64,000 bases of DNA from Bacteroidales bacterium (GTDB taxonomy: Bacteria; Bacteroidota; Bacteroidia; Bacteroidales; WCHB1-69). Positions within the stretch are counted from its first letter, which is position 1. Every line of letters begins with the position of its first letter. This document shows positions 37,252 to 47,046 of the stretch, in pieces. The notes under the pieces were generated by a model. The model did not search any database. It saw only the letters and a list, made by a program, of their open reading frames with translations, and was not told the origin of the DNA. A program made the position numbers and the translations under genes. The stretch covers positions 197,385 to 261,384 of the forward strand of contig JAFZIP010000005.1 in NCBI GenBank assembly GCA_017554325.1, in the 5' to 3' direction.

Positions 37252-37300
37252 GATATTACTACCCCGCCCTTTGGGCACCCCTTCTATTTTAGAAGGGGAA
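37252..37300 (-). repeat. Short form of the same element (right inverted repeat of the DUF559 cassette)
   Basis: See 36748-36796. Both GGGGTAGTAATAT ends face inward toward the DUF559 gene. Confidence 0.8.
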
Positions 37301-37344
37301 TTACGTTTGCACCATTGACATCTCTCATCTCTAATCTCTCATCT

Positions 37345-39984
37345 CTAATCTTTCAACTCCTCACTCTCCTCCTTTTTCTTTCTCCTTTTCCTCTTGGGTT
37401 TGTCAGCCGAAGCAACCTCTTCGATTTGCTTTTGGGGCATTTCCACATGGCGCACATAGATGTCGCGCTGCGGGAACGGAATCTCCACGTGGTTCTTGTT
37501 CAAGGTATTATAAATCACCTCCTTGACTTTAGCCACGAAGACGGCTTTCTCCTCCACAAGCACCCAGAAGATAACGAACAGATCGACGCTGCTGTCGCCA
37601 AAATCGTTGAAAGCCACGCTCACGCCCTGTTTCATGTCCACGATATACTTGCCCGAAGAGTTCTTCCCCAGCAGCGGCTGCAGGCCCTTGATGAGCATAT
37701 CACGCACCTGGTTCACATTGCTGCCATACGCCACACCCACGGGTACTTTCACCATCACATAGCCATGATTGCGGGTGAGGTTCTTGAAGTTCTTGCTGAA
37801 CAACGCGGCGTTTTGGAAGGCAATCACGCTGCCATCGAGCGTCACGATTTGAGTACTCTGATAGTTGATGCTTTCCACCTTGCCCTGCACGCCGTCACAC
37901 TCCACATAGTCACCCACGCGCAGACGGCCCGTCATGAGGGAGACGCCATAAATGAAGTTCTCCAGCAAGTCCTTCATAGCAAAACCGAGACCAGTGGCCA
38001 AGCCTGCCATGATGATGGAGATGCCACTGCCCGGAACCTCAAGGGTCACCAGGGACGCAACCACATAGATACCCCACACGACAAACGAGATGATATTGTT
38101 GGCCAACGTGATGTTGCTCGGCCCTTTCAACGCATCCTTGTTCCGGCGTTTCTTCAACATCCGATAGAAGGCTTTGATGGCGTAATTGAGATAACGGAAC
38201 AGGAAGAAGAGTTCCAGCACCAGACATATCTTATACAAAGACAACTGTATCAAGCCCGGTTTGTTCAAGAATACAAAGAAGAAAATCTTTCGACACATCG
38301 CCGACATCTCAAAGATGCTCGAGGCCCAGTATATGCTTGCCGGGATGGACAGGACCACCAGAATCGGCAACAGGGCCTTAATCAGGAAATCATAGAACCA
38401 TGTTTGCCCGATGTATTCGCCTTTGGCCATCTTGGGCTGTATCTTCTTGAACATCTTATCCAACTCCGCCTTGTTTTTGATCTCAACCCCTTTCTCCTCG
38501 GCAATCTTGCGGGTAAGCCGATGCGATTCGTACATTTTGGCCAAATCGTAGAAACAGGTGATGGTCTGGATGGCCGCCAACAGGAACGTCCACCACATCA
38601 TGATCTGCACCGCCAACAACACATAGCCGAGCCATGAGGCCACGCACGCCACTATCATGGCGATGAGGGACACCACCGTATAGACCATATCGCTGTCGGG
38701 CAATTTCTCCACCTTGCGCTTCACGACGACAAATTGCCAGATGGTAAACAGCAACAGGATCGGCGGATAAATCAGGTTGACTACATTGTTGGGAATCAAG
38801 ACAATGCGGAAGACAATCACGATGAACGCCATGGTAATGAAAGGCAAATAAGACCGCACACCGGCACGTATCTGTTTATCACTCAAGCGTATCAGCAAAG
38901 ACAACAGAATCACTTCCACCAACCATGAAAATGTAATCATCAGGCTAATGGCCATAAGCACGAAATTCTGTTTGACAAAGAACCTGGCTATCATGATGGA
39001 AATGGCGAAGATGGCCACACCGCAGGCAATCATGACGAACGGACGTTTTCGGTTTGCCTTGAAAAATATCCTCCACTTTTTAGGAAGCAGCCAACGCACA
39101 ATCACATAGCTCAGCAGACTGGCCAAGATGATGTAGAACAGCATGAAGATGGAGATGCCGAAGATAACCGGGCCGCGCCATTCGGAATTGCGTTTCAGCG
39201 GTTTGTATTTGTCATCCACATCCTTCTTGGCAATCAAATAATTCCAACGGAAACGCTTCAGGGTGGTAAAATAATTGCCACTGCCATTCACAAAGATGTT
39301 TTTCTGAATCTTATCGTAGCGAGAAAGGGCGTATGCATTGAGTTTTTCCACACGCTTGGTCACCCGTTCGTAATGTTCCTTGTCGCGTTCGATGCTTTCC
39401 AGCATGGTCTTGTAGTTGTCGCGGAGTGCCGTGGCGTATTCCACGCAGGCCGCACGGTCGTCAAGAGCCTGCTTGTCCAGAATATAGGGCGCAAGTTTTG
39501 ACGTATCGAGCACCATCTTGGGCATTTTCATCCTGATGGAATCCGGCATCTTGGCGATTTCGCCGTTAGGCAGCAATCTGGGAGGCAGGTTCTGCAAAGC
39601 CAGAATAAGGGCGTCATACCGTTCAATCTCCGATTGGATGCGCTCAATCATCTTGTTATAAGGAAGATGGCGATTCTTCAGGGTCCGGTATTGCTCCGTA
39701 GCCTCCTGACAGGCGTAGGCCATATCGAAGGTGAAATCGGAATTCTGCGAATAGAGCATCAGGGCTATCTGGTTGCTTTTCTGCATCATCTCGATCAGCG
39801 AGGCGTGCTGCTCCATGTTCCGCTTGTCGAAGCGGGCCATGAGCTGTTGCTGTTCGTTGTAAGAGCGTTCCAGCTCGGCACGCAGCACGCCGAGGGTCTG
39901 GGGCAGGTTTTTCTCCTTGAGCACGGCATGGGCCTGGAATACGGTGAGCAAACAAATCAGGGCTAATGCGAATATCTTTTTCAT
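37345..39984 (-). CDS. Large mechanosensitive ion channel (MscS/MscK-like) with a periplasmic coiled-coil N-domain
   Basis: Signal peptide, a long coiled-coil region and about 11 TM helices. The MscS core reads GFAMKDLLENFIYGVSLMTGRLRVGDYVECDGVQGKVESINYQSTQIVTLDGSVIAFQN. I chose the ATG at 39984 (MKKIFALALI...) as the start. Confidence 0.85.
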   Translation of the reverse strand: MKKIFALALICLLTVFQAHAVLKEKNLPQTLGVLRAELERSYNEQQQLMARFDKRNMEQHASLIEMMQKSNQIALMLYSQNSDFTFDMAYACQEATEQYRTLKNRHLPYNKMIERIQSEIERYDALILALQNLPPRLLPNGEIAKMPDSIRMKMPKMVLDTSKLAPYILDKQALDDRAACVEYATALRDNYKTMLESIERDKEHYERVTKRVEKLNAYALSRYDKIQKNIFVNGSGNYFTTLKRFRWNYLIAKKDVDDKYKPLKRNSEWRGPVIFGISIFMLFYIILASLLSYVIVRWLLPKKWRIFFKANRKRPFVMIACGVAIFAISIMIARFFVKQNFVLMAISLMITFSWLVEVILLSLLIRLSDKQIRAGVRSYLPFITMAFIVIVFRIVLIPNNVVNLIYPPILLLFTIWQFVVVKRKVEKLPDSDMVYTVVSLIAMIVACVASWLGYVLLAVQIMMWWTFLLAAIQTITCFYDLAKMYESHRLTRKIAEEKGVEIKNKAELDKMFKKIQPKMAKGEYIGQTWFYDFLIKALLPILVVLSIPASIYWASSIFEMSAMCRKIFFFVFLNKPGLIQLSLYKICLVLELFFLFRYLNYAIKAFYRMLKKRRNKDALKGPSNITLANNIISFVVWGIYVVASLVTLEVPGSGISIIMAGLATGLGFAMKDLLENFIYGVSLMTGRLRVGDYVECDGVQGKVESINYQSTQIVTLDGSVIAFQNAALFSKNFKNLTRNHGYVMVKVPVGVAYGSNVNQVRDMLIKGLQPLLGKNSSGKYIVDMKQGVSVAFNDFGDSSVDLFVIFWVLVEEKAVFVAKVKEVIYNTLNKNHVEIPFPQRDIYVRHVEMPQKQIEEVASADKPKRKRRKKKEESEELKD

Positions 39985-40148
39985 TTTTCTATATTTATTT
40001 CTATAACTTGAACTTTGAGGCGGCAAAAATACAAAAACCAATCATTTAACAACGGCATGGGAAATTTCCACCCTTCCGGAAGTCCAAACTCCAAACTCTC
40101 AACTTTTTTCGTACTTTTGCACCCCTCTAAAATCAGGCCCCGAAAAGG

Positions 40149-41576
40149 ATGAAACCATATAAGATTTTCTTATTCATTGTATTGATAATAGGCGCGTTAG
40201 CTGTAGGTTGCCGATTCTTCCCCAAGGATGGGATAAAGATCGGAAACAAGGAGCTACACTTCCCTTCTTTGGACGATGTGCTGGCTGGCGACCAAACCCC
40301 TGACGTGGCCATCAAGGAAATCGACTCCGTGGAGCTGAAGCATCTCAACGATCTGAAGGACACGCTGCAGCAGTACCGCCATGCGGTGACCGAGCTGCCG
40401 GGGCACTTCTACCTGCCCAATGACGACGTCAGCTTCTTCGACCGCTTCTTCGCGCGCGCAGAGCAGGCCCGCGCCAACCACGAGGTGGTGCGCATCCTCC
40501 ACTACGGCGACTCGCAGATCGAGATGGACCGCATCTCGTGCAACATCCGCGCCTGGTTCCAAAAAACGTTCGGCGGTGGTGGCCCAGGCATGGTACCCGT
40601 CATCCAGACCATCCCGTCCTTCGCGGTAAGCCAGTACGCCTCCGGCGACCTGACCATGTACGCCTCCTACGGAGACGGAGCACGCACCAACGGCAACTAC
40701 GGCCTCATGGCCAAGTGCTACCGCATGGGCAGCGGCGCCACCTTCGGAGCCAACGCCTCGCGCCATGGCGACACCGACTCCCGCGTGAAGAAGTTCTCCA
40801 ATATTACCGTGCTCTACAACGACCGCACCGGCAACTTCTCCGCCACCCTCAAGGATCGCAAGAGTTCTTACTCGCAAACGCAATCACCCGGACTCACCGG
40901 CGTGCACACATGCCACTGGCTGATGGACTCCGCCACCACCTCGCTGCAGATTTCCATGCAGGGCTCCGCCGACATCTACGGCATCATGCTGGACGATGGC
41001 TACGGCGTGGCGGTCGATAACATCCCTTTGCGCGGCTCCTCCGGCAACCAGTTTACCCTCATTACCGACACGCTGCTGCGCAGTTGCTACAAACAAGCCA
41101 ACGTGGGCATGATCATCCTGCAATTCGGCGGCAACTCTGTGCCGGTCATCTACAACGACAAGTCGCTGAGCAACTACTGTCAGAGTATCGACAAACAGAT
41201 CAAGCGCGTGCGCAAGACCTGTCCGGATGCCACCATCCTGTTTATCGGTCCCTCCGACATGAGCACGCGGCGCGGCGGCAAGCTGGACACCTACCCCATG
41301 CTGCCGCAACTCATCGACAGTCTGCGCACCATCGCACTGCGCAACCACGCTGCCTACTGGGACATCTACGAGGTGATGGGCGGCCAGGGCTCCATGGTGG
41401 CTTGGGCGCACAACGGGCTCGCCGGCCCCGACTATGTGCACTTCACGCCCGCCGGCGCACGCAAGGTGGGCCAGACGCTCGCCAACAGCTTCGCCACCAT
41501 GTACGAATTCTACCGCACCCGCAAAAACATGCCCAAACAACAATTTGACACCCTATGGACAGCCACCGCAAGATAA
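40149..41576 (+). CDS. SGNH/GDSL-family hydrolase or acyltransferase (AlgX/PatB-like partner of the MBOAT)
   Basis: N-terminal TM anchor and a block I GDS motif (ILHYGDSQIEMD). It shares an operon with a second SGNH protein and an MBOAT protein. Confidence 0.7.
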   Translation: MKPYKIFLFIVLIIGALAVGCRFFPKDGIKIGNKELHFPSLDDVLAGDQTPDVAIKEIDSVELKHLNDLKDTLQQYRHAVTELPGHFYLPNDDVSFFDRFFARAEQARANHEVVRILHYGDSQIEMDRISCNIRAWFQKTFGGGGPGMVPVIQTIPSFAVSQYASGDLTMYASYGDGARTNGNYGLMAKCYRMGSGATFGANASRHGDTDSRVKKFSNITVLYNDRTGNFSATLKDRKSSYSQTQSPGLTGVHTCHWLMDSATTSLQISMQGSADIYGIMLDDGYGVAVDNIPLRGSSGNQFTLITDTLLRSCYKQANVGMIILQFGGNSVPVIYNDKSLSNYCQSIDKQIKRVRKTCPDATILFIGPSDMSTRRGGKLDTYPMLPQLIDSLRTIALRNHAAYWDIYEVMGGQGSMVAWAHNGLAGPDYVHFTPAGARKVGQTLANSFATMYEFYRTRKNMPKQQFDTLWTATAR

Positions 41577-42895
41577 TCACATTTCTGCTGGCGCTGTTCA
41601 TCTGGGGCGCATACTCCGCTTTCGGGCAGGTGGACCTGACCGCCACCGATTCTTTGCCCGATATGCCTACCTGCACCGACACGCTGGTCGTGGATACGAT
41701 TGTCACTTACGTGGAAAATGCCGACGACTTGGACGAGACGCCCGAGGAAACCGAAATCCGCATTGAAATCGACACGCTGTATTGGGAGCGCGACAGCTAC
41801 ACTTTGAAGCATTTCTATGAAAAGCTGGACCGTGTGTTGAAGACCCATCAGGGCCATGTGCACATCATCCAGATGGGTGGCTCGCATATACAGGCCGGCA
41901 CCATGACGCACCGCTTCCGCAAGCATTTGCTGGATGAGTACGACGCACCGCCCGCGGCCCGCGGGTTCATCTTCCCCTACTCCGCCGCCAGCACTTGCAA
42001 CAACCCCAGCGACTACAGAATCGGCAAGGAAAGGCCGTTCAACCTCATCCGCAATGTGTACCAGAGCTACGACTTTCCTCTCGGAGCCTCCGGCATCGCT
42101 GTGTGGAACGCCGACACGCTCAACTCCATCACCATCAGGATGAATGCGCCGGAGTACGACTTCGTGGCCGACACCATCATCCTGCTGGGCAAGGCCTACG
42201 GCTGGCCCATCGACCCCATCCTCAAAGAGGACACCATCTATCATTTCCCCGACAGCATCGACTTCGACAACGACCGCTATTACTTCTACTTCGACCGGCC
42301 CGTAAAGGATTTCACGCTCTATTTCCCGTGCAGCAAGGGAGACACTTTTGTAGTGAACGGCATTTTGCTGAAGAACGGCAGGCCTGGTGTAACCCTCTCA
42401 TCCATCGGGGTAAACGGGGCACAGACTTCCTCTTACTTGCGCTGTAAAAACCTCACCCGCGACATGCAGCTTCTACAGCCCGACCTGGTCATTTTCAACA
42501 TCGGCGTAAACGACGCCTACGGCAGCAGCTTCGACTCGGTAGCGTTCAAGAACAACTACCTGAAGTTAGTGACTCGCATCCGCGAAGCCAATCCCGACTG
42601 CGCCTTCATCTTCGTCACCAACAACGACACGTGGAAGAGGGGGAAGAGAGGGAGATATTATGTGAACAAGACCGGCCCGATGGTGCAGGATGTTATGTAC
42701 CGGCTTGCCGACCAGACGGGCGGAGCCGTATGGGACCAGTTTGCCGTGATGGGCGGACTGAAATCCATGGAAAGCTGGCGCAAGAAGGGCTTGGCGCAGA
42801 AAGACCGCGTGCACTTCACCGCCTCCGGCTACAACCTCATGGGCGACCTTTTCTGGGATGCCTTTATTCGTGAACTTAAAATGGAGAAGAGATGA
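41555..42895 (+). CDS. SGNH/GDSL-like hydrolase-family protein
   Basis: Signal peptide; IIQMGGSHIQAG, a variant block I; FNIGVNDA, block III; DRVHFT, block V. Confidence 0.7.
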   Translation: MDSHRKIITFLLALFIWGAYSAFGQVDLTATDSLPDMPTCTDTLVVDTIVTYVENADDLDETPEETEIRIEIDTLYWERDSYTLKHFYEKLDRVLKTHQGHVHIIQMGGSHIQAGTMTHRFRKHLLDEYDAPPAARGFIFPYSAASTCNNPSDYRIGKERPFNLIRNVYQSYDFPLGASGIAVWNADTLNSITIRMNAPEYDFVADTIILLGKAYGWPIDPILKEDTIYHFPDSIDFDNDRYYFYFDRPVKDFTLYFPCSKGDTFVVNGILLKNGRPGVTLSSIGVNGAQTSSYLRCKNLTRDMQLLQPDLVIFNIGVNDAYGSSFDSVAFKNNYLKLVTRIREANPDCAFIFVTNNDTWKRGKRGRYYVNKTGPMVQDVMYRLADQTGGAVWDQFAVMGGLKSMESWRKKGLAQKDRVHFTASGYNLMGDLFWDAFIRELKMEKR

Positions 42896-44751
42896 ACCTG
42901 GACAGCCTGAAAATATTCCTCACCAACCTCTTCTCGTTCAACGAGCAGTACCCGTTGTTGTTCACGCAGTTCAACTTCTGGGCCTTCTTCGCCTTGGTGT
43001 TCGCATTCTTCTCCCTGTTTCACAGTAAACGGCTGTTGCGCAACGGGTTCCTGTTCTTCGCCAGCGTCTTCTTCTACTACAAGACCTCCGGCCTTTTCGT
43101 GCTCATCCTCATCTTCGACATGATCCTCGACTACTTCCTGGGCATCTTCATGGACCGCTCCAAGCGGCAGGGTGCGCGGAAGTTCCATCTGATTGTGGGT
43201 GTGGTCATCAACCTACTGGTGCTCTGCTATTTCAAGTACGCCTACTTTTTCACGGATGCGTACAACACCATCGTGGGCAGCAAGTACGAGGTCATCAACT
43301 GGCTGGCACAGTGGACCAATGACCTGAGCGGCAAGGACTATTTCGATGCTTCCAAGATCCTGTTGCCGGTGGGCATCTCGTTCTATACATTCCAGAATAT
43401 CAGCTATTTGGTGGATGTCTATAAGCAGAAAATCCACCATGTGTCCAACATATTCGACTTCGGCTTCTATGTCACCTTTTTCCCGCAATTGGTGGCGGGG
43501 CCCATCGTAAGAGCCGACCAGTTTGTGCCGCAGTTGTACAAGAAATTCTTCCTGAGCAGACGGCAGTTCGGCATTGCCGTGTTCTGGATCTTGAACGGCT
43601 TGGCCAAGAAGCTGATTATGAGCGACTATCTGGCCGTCAACTTTGTAGATAGAGTCTTCAACAACCCGTCGTTGTTCACCTCTTTCGAGAACCTGTCGGC
43701 GCTATTCATCTACTCGTTGCAAGTGTATGCCGACTTCTCGGGTTACACGGACATCGCCATCGGCGTGGCCATGCTGATGGGCTTCTATCTGCCCAAGAAC
43801 TTCAACTCGCCGTACAAGGCCGACTCGCCGAGCAACTTCTGGAAAAGGTGGCACATCTCGCTCTCCAAGTGGCTGCAGGACTACCTGTACATTCCGCTGG
43901 GCGGCAACCGCAACGCCACCGTGGGCACCTATCTGTGCATCTTGCTGATCGGGGCGGTCATCATCCTGCTGACCAAGAACGCCCTCATCACGAGCATCAT
44001 CGTGGGGTTGGCGGTCATCCTCACCGTTATCTCCTTGATTAGCAAGAAGGCAAGATTGAAGATCAGCACCAACATCAACATGATGAACACCATGCTGTTG
44101 GGCGGTTTGTGGCACGGCGCGTCGTGGAACTTCATGATTTGGGGCGGTTTGAACGGCTTCGGCATCTTGGGATTCAAGATCTGGCGGCACTTCAAGCAAT
44201 GGCTCCGGAGCTTGGTGTCGTTCGTTATTTTCGGGGCGTTCTTTGCGTGCAACTGGTTCTGGCCCCGTCCGGTGCTGATGATTTTCACCGTGTGGTCGGG
44301 CGTGTTCTTCGCGGGCACGCTCATCCGTTGCATCTACTCGGCCATCTGGCCCAATAGGGATATCAACTGGCTGAATTTCAGCTGGAATGTGTTCATGACC
44401 TTCGTGTTTATTTCATTCACGCGATTGTTCTTCCGTTCGGGTTCCAACCTGGATCCGGCGGTGGCCAACGAGACGGCCTGGAACACGGCCAAGGCGATGG
44501 TGAACAGCATCGGCGGCCACTGGAATGTGGCGGCCATCCCCGACATTTTGGCCAACTATTGGATTGTGTTCACCCTGTTTGTGGTGGGCATGGTCATCCA
44601 CTGGCTGCCGGAGCGTTGGAAGCGCTGGTACCGCGTCAACTTCGCCCTGTTGCCCATCTGGCTCATCGGCCTCATCGTGGTAGTGGCGGTCTTCGTGCTC
44701 TACCAGTTTGTCACCGCCGACCTCCAGCCGTTCATTTATTTTCAGTTCTAG
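42892..44751 (+). CDS. MBOAT-family membrane O-acyltransferase (AlgI/DltB/PatA-like)
   Basis: Polytopic membrane protein with the conserved region FWKRWHISLSKWLQDYLYIPLGGNR and GLWHGASWNF. Its start overlaps the upstream stop (ATGA). Confidence 0.88.
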   Translation: MNLDSLKIFLTNLFSFNEQYPLLFTQFNFWAFFALVFAFFSLFHSKRLLRNGFLFFASVFFYYKTSGLFVLILIFDMILDYFLGIFMDRSKRQGARKFHLIVGVVINLLVLCYFKYAYFFTDAYNTIVGSKYEVINWLAQWTNDLSGKDYFDASKILLPVGISFYTFQNISYLVDVYKQKIHHVSNIFDFGFYVTFFPQLVAGPIVRADQFVPQLYKKFFLSRRQFGIAVFWILNGLAKKLIMSDYLAVNFVDRVFNNPSLFTSFENLSALFIYSLQVYADFSGYTDIAIGVAMLMGFYLPKNFNSPYKADSPSNFWKRWHISLSKWLQDYLYIPLGGNRNATVGTYLCILLIGAVIILLTKNALITSIIVGLAVILTVISLISKKARLKISTNINMMNTMLLGGLWHGASWNFMIWGGLNGFGILGFKIWRHFKQWLRSLVSFVIFGAFFACNWFWPRPVLMIFTVWSGVFFAGTLIRCIYSAIWPNRDINWLNFSWNVFMTFVFISFTRLFFRSGSNLDPAVANETAWNTAKAMVNSIGGHWNVAAIPDILANYWIVFTLFVVGMVIHWLPERWKRWYRVNFALLPIWLIGLIVVVAVFVLYQFVTADLQPFIYFQF

Positions 44752-44769
44752 ATTAGTGTACGGAGAGTT

Positions 44770-44898
44770 GAATTCCCCTTCTTCTCAAGATTTGACGAAT
44801 GAACGAGTGCAGAGGCAAAGCTGGCTTTGACTTTGCCGAGTGAAGAGGAAAAGAAGGCGCAGCCTTCAATGGGTGCCCGAAGGGCGGGGTAGTTGTAT
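44770..44898 (+). repeat. Long form (~129 nt) of the 'GAATTCCCCTTCT...GGGGTAGT' structured element, copy 1
   Basis: Aligns along its whole length with 62974-63102 and shares both termini with the short forms at 36748 and 37252. It sits 19 nt after the MBOAT stop, at the GC-rich to AT-rich transition. Confidence 0.8.
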
Positions 44899-45021
44899 GG
44901 ACATTAAAACTCTTCAATGCTTCGATTTTATTTTTGAATTTTACACAAAATCATCAATTTTTAAAAATAAAATCTGGTTGTATTGTATTTTTTGTATTTT
45001 TGCATTTCAAAATTATGAAGT

Positions 45022-46326
45022 ATGATACAAGAAATCAAGGTAAAAAACTTCATGTCATTCAAAGATGAAATCACATTCAGCTTTGAAGCTACAAAAGACA
45101 CTTTTGCCGAAGATTATCAAGTGGTGGAGGTGGTTCCAGGAGTTCGTTTGTTGCGCTTCGCTATGGTGTATGGTGCCAATGCATCGGGCAAATCGAACTT
45201 GTTGCAAGTAATGGCATTCCTCCGCTATTTCTTTTCCTTCCAGCCCCAAAACGCAAATGATGGAACCCAAACAATTCCTTTTTTGTTGGATAAAACCACG
45301 CCCTCACAACCTTCCTGTTTTGAACTGACATTCTATGTTGGTGACACAAAGTATTGGTATGTTCTAAAATTGGACACCCAGCAAGTCTATGAAGAGAAAT
45401 TGTACATATACAAAAGTTTTCAGCCGACCATGCTGTTCCACAGGGAGTTGACGGATGGCGTGTCTGTTATCCATTTCAATTCTTCTGCACTTAAAGTCAG
45501 TTCAGCCGAGAAAGAAAAAATATCTTTGGAGTGTCTCAAGAACATGTCTGTATTTGCGGCACGGGACAAAGTGAACACAAGGATTCCGGAAATTGATTTG
45601 GCTAATAATTGGATTAAAAAACATATTATGCCTGGCATCATTCCAACGACCAATTTGTTTAACTACGCAGAACGCAGAATCTTGGAGAATCCTGGTTTGC
45701 ATTCGCATATTATTGATTTTATGCGCAAGGCGGATTTCAATATCACGGATATTTCTTCTGATATTGTCCCTCAAGCGATACCGGACGACTACATGGACTT
45801 TTTGCTGAGCGATGAAAACATCCCCCTTCAAGAAAAAGAACGCATGAAAAAAGAGCATACCATTAAACAGCGGAAAACGCTTTTTGAGCACACGGTTTTT
45901 GAGGAACAATCCGCTGAAAAATACACCATGCTTCAACATCAAGAATCTGCAGGCACCATTCGTTCATTCGGCGTTGAAACGACAATTTACGAATGCATAA
46001 AAAACGAAGCATTTCTCGCTATTGACGAAATGGAGAATTCATTGCATCCTCAATTGTTAAAGCTTATCCTGCTGAATTATTTGAGAACCAAATCCCGGTC
46101 GCAATTGCTTATCACAACGCATTATGATCCTTTGCTGAACGATATTTCCAAACCGGATGACCAGCGTATTTTCCGAAAGGACAGTGTTTGGTTTACCGAG
46201 AAAAAGGAGAACGGGCACACAGATGTATATTCATTGGCCGAATTCAGAGGGCTGAATCGACTATCATCCATACAAAAGGCATACAGCAAAGGAAACTTTG
46301 GAGCTTATCCTCAAATCGATTTTTAA
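45022..46326 (+). CDS. AAA_21/ABC-type ATPase (AbiLi-like abortive-infection ATPase)
   Basis: Walker A (YGANASGKSNLL), ESAGT, Walker B (LAIDEMENSLHPQL) and an H-loop (LLITTHYD). A TAnnTTTG box lies at 44995-45002. Confidence 0.8.
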   Translation: MIQEIKVKNFMSFKDEITFSFEATKDTFAEDYQVVEVVPGVRLLRFAMVYGANASGKSNLLQVMAFLRYFFSFQPQNANDGTQTIPFLLDKTTPSQPSCFELTFYVGDTKYWYVLKLDTQQVYEEKLYIYKSFQPTMLFHRELTDGVSVIHFNSSALKVSSAEKEKISLECLKNMSVFAARDKVNTRIPEIDLANNWIKKHIMPGIIPTTNLFNYAERRILENPGLHSHIIDFMRKADFNITDISSDIVPQAIPDDYMDFLLSDENIPLQEKERMKKEHTIKQRKTLFEHTVFEEQSAEKYTMLQHQESAGTIRSFGVETTIYECIKNEAFLAIDEMENSLHPQLLKLILLNYLRTKSRSQLLITTHYDPLLNDISKPDDQRIFRKDSVWFTEKKENGHTDVYSLAEFRGLNRLSSIQKAYSKGNFGAYPQIDF

Positions 46327-46328
46327 TT

Positions 46329-46913
46329 ATGGCAAGACACCTTGAAAACAAAAAACAACAGCATCGTTCGGTCACCATTTTGGGAGAGGGGTTGACCGAG
46401 CAGTACTATTTCACGCACATCCGAACCCTTTTCGGTTATCATTATACGATTAAGCCATACTATTTTTCGGTCACATCGCTCACCGAGATGGACAAGAAGA
46501 TCGCGGAGGCCATTTCCGACGGAGGTTTTGCCATCGCCGTGTTTGATGCTGATGTATCAAACCGCAATGAGGCTGAAAAGAAAAAACTGGAATCCATCCG
46601 GAAAAAGTATGCCAAGAAGAAAAAAGTTGTCCTTTGCGACAGTATGACATCCATTGAATACTGGTTTTTACTCCATTTCGAGAACACGAACCGGCATTTC
46701 AAAGATTCGTCGGCAACCGAGCAGGAACTACGAAAGCATATTGTTGATTATGAAAAGAAAGTAAAGTTCCTTCAAAACCTCAAATGGGTTGCGGATCTGT
46801 GTGCTGATAACAAGTTAGAGACAGCCATAAGCCGCGCCCAGGCGTTTGGCCACAATGGCGAGTCATATTCAGATGTTTACAAAGCATTTGAATTGTTAGA
46901 CAAGCTAAAATAG
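46329..46913 (+). CDS. RloB-like protein (AbiLii-like partner of the ATPase)
   Basis: 194 aa from the ATG at 46329, 2 nt after the ATPase stop. ILGEGLTEQYYF...AIAVFDADV...VLCDSMTSIEYWFLLHF matches my memory of the RloB (PF13707) pattern. The track start at 46188 lies inside the ATPase gene. Confidence 0.65.
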   Translation: MARHLENKKQQHRSVTILGEGLTEQYYFTHIRTLFGYHYTIKPYYFSVTSLTEMDKKIAEAISDGGFAIAVFDADVSNRNEAEKKKLESIRKKYAKKKKVVLCDSMTSIEYWFLLHFENTNRHFKDSSATEQELRKHIVDYEKKVKFLQNLKWVADLCADNKLETAISRAQAFGHNGESYSDVYKAFELLDKLK

Positions 46914-47046
46914 TTACCGTTTTCATATACTCATTTGTTCTATGCTCTTATCAGAGCGTAGTGTCATTCTTGTGCCGCTAAATGTCATTTTTATGCGGTT
47001 TTTTGCTATTTTTGCAGGGTAATTCGTCAACGAAAAAAATCAGAAA

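Noticed and set aside
37246-38637. 463-aa plus-strand ORF.
   Set aside because: It is antisense to the MscS-family channel gene, whose translation has clear TM and MscS core motifs. The composition is H/L/Q-rich and motif-free, and it starts inside the right inverted repeat of the DUF559 cassette.
46188-46328. Upstream extension of the RloB-like ORF (track start at 46188).
   Set aside because: The extension lies inside the ATPase gene in another frame. The ATG at 46329, 2 nt after the ATPase stop, gives a sensible N-terminus.
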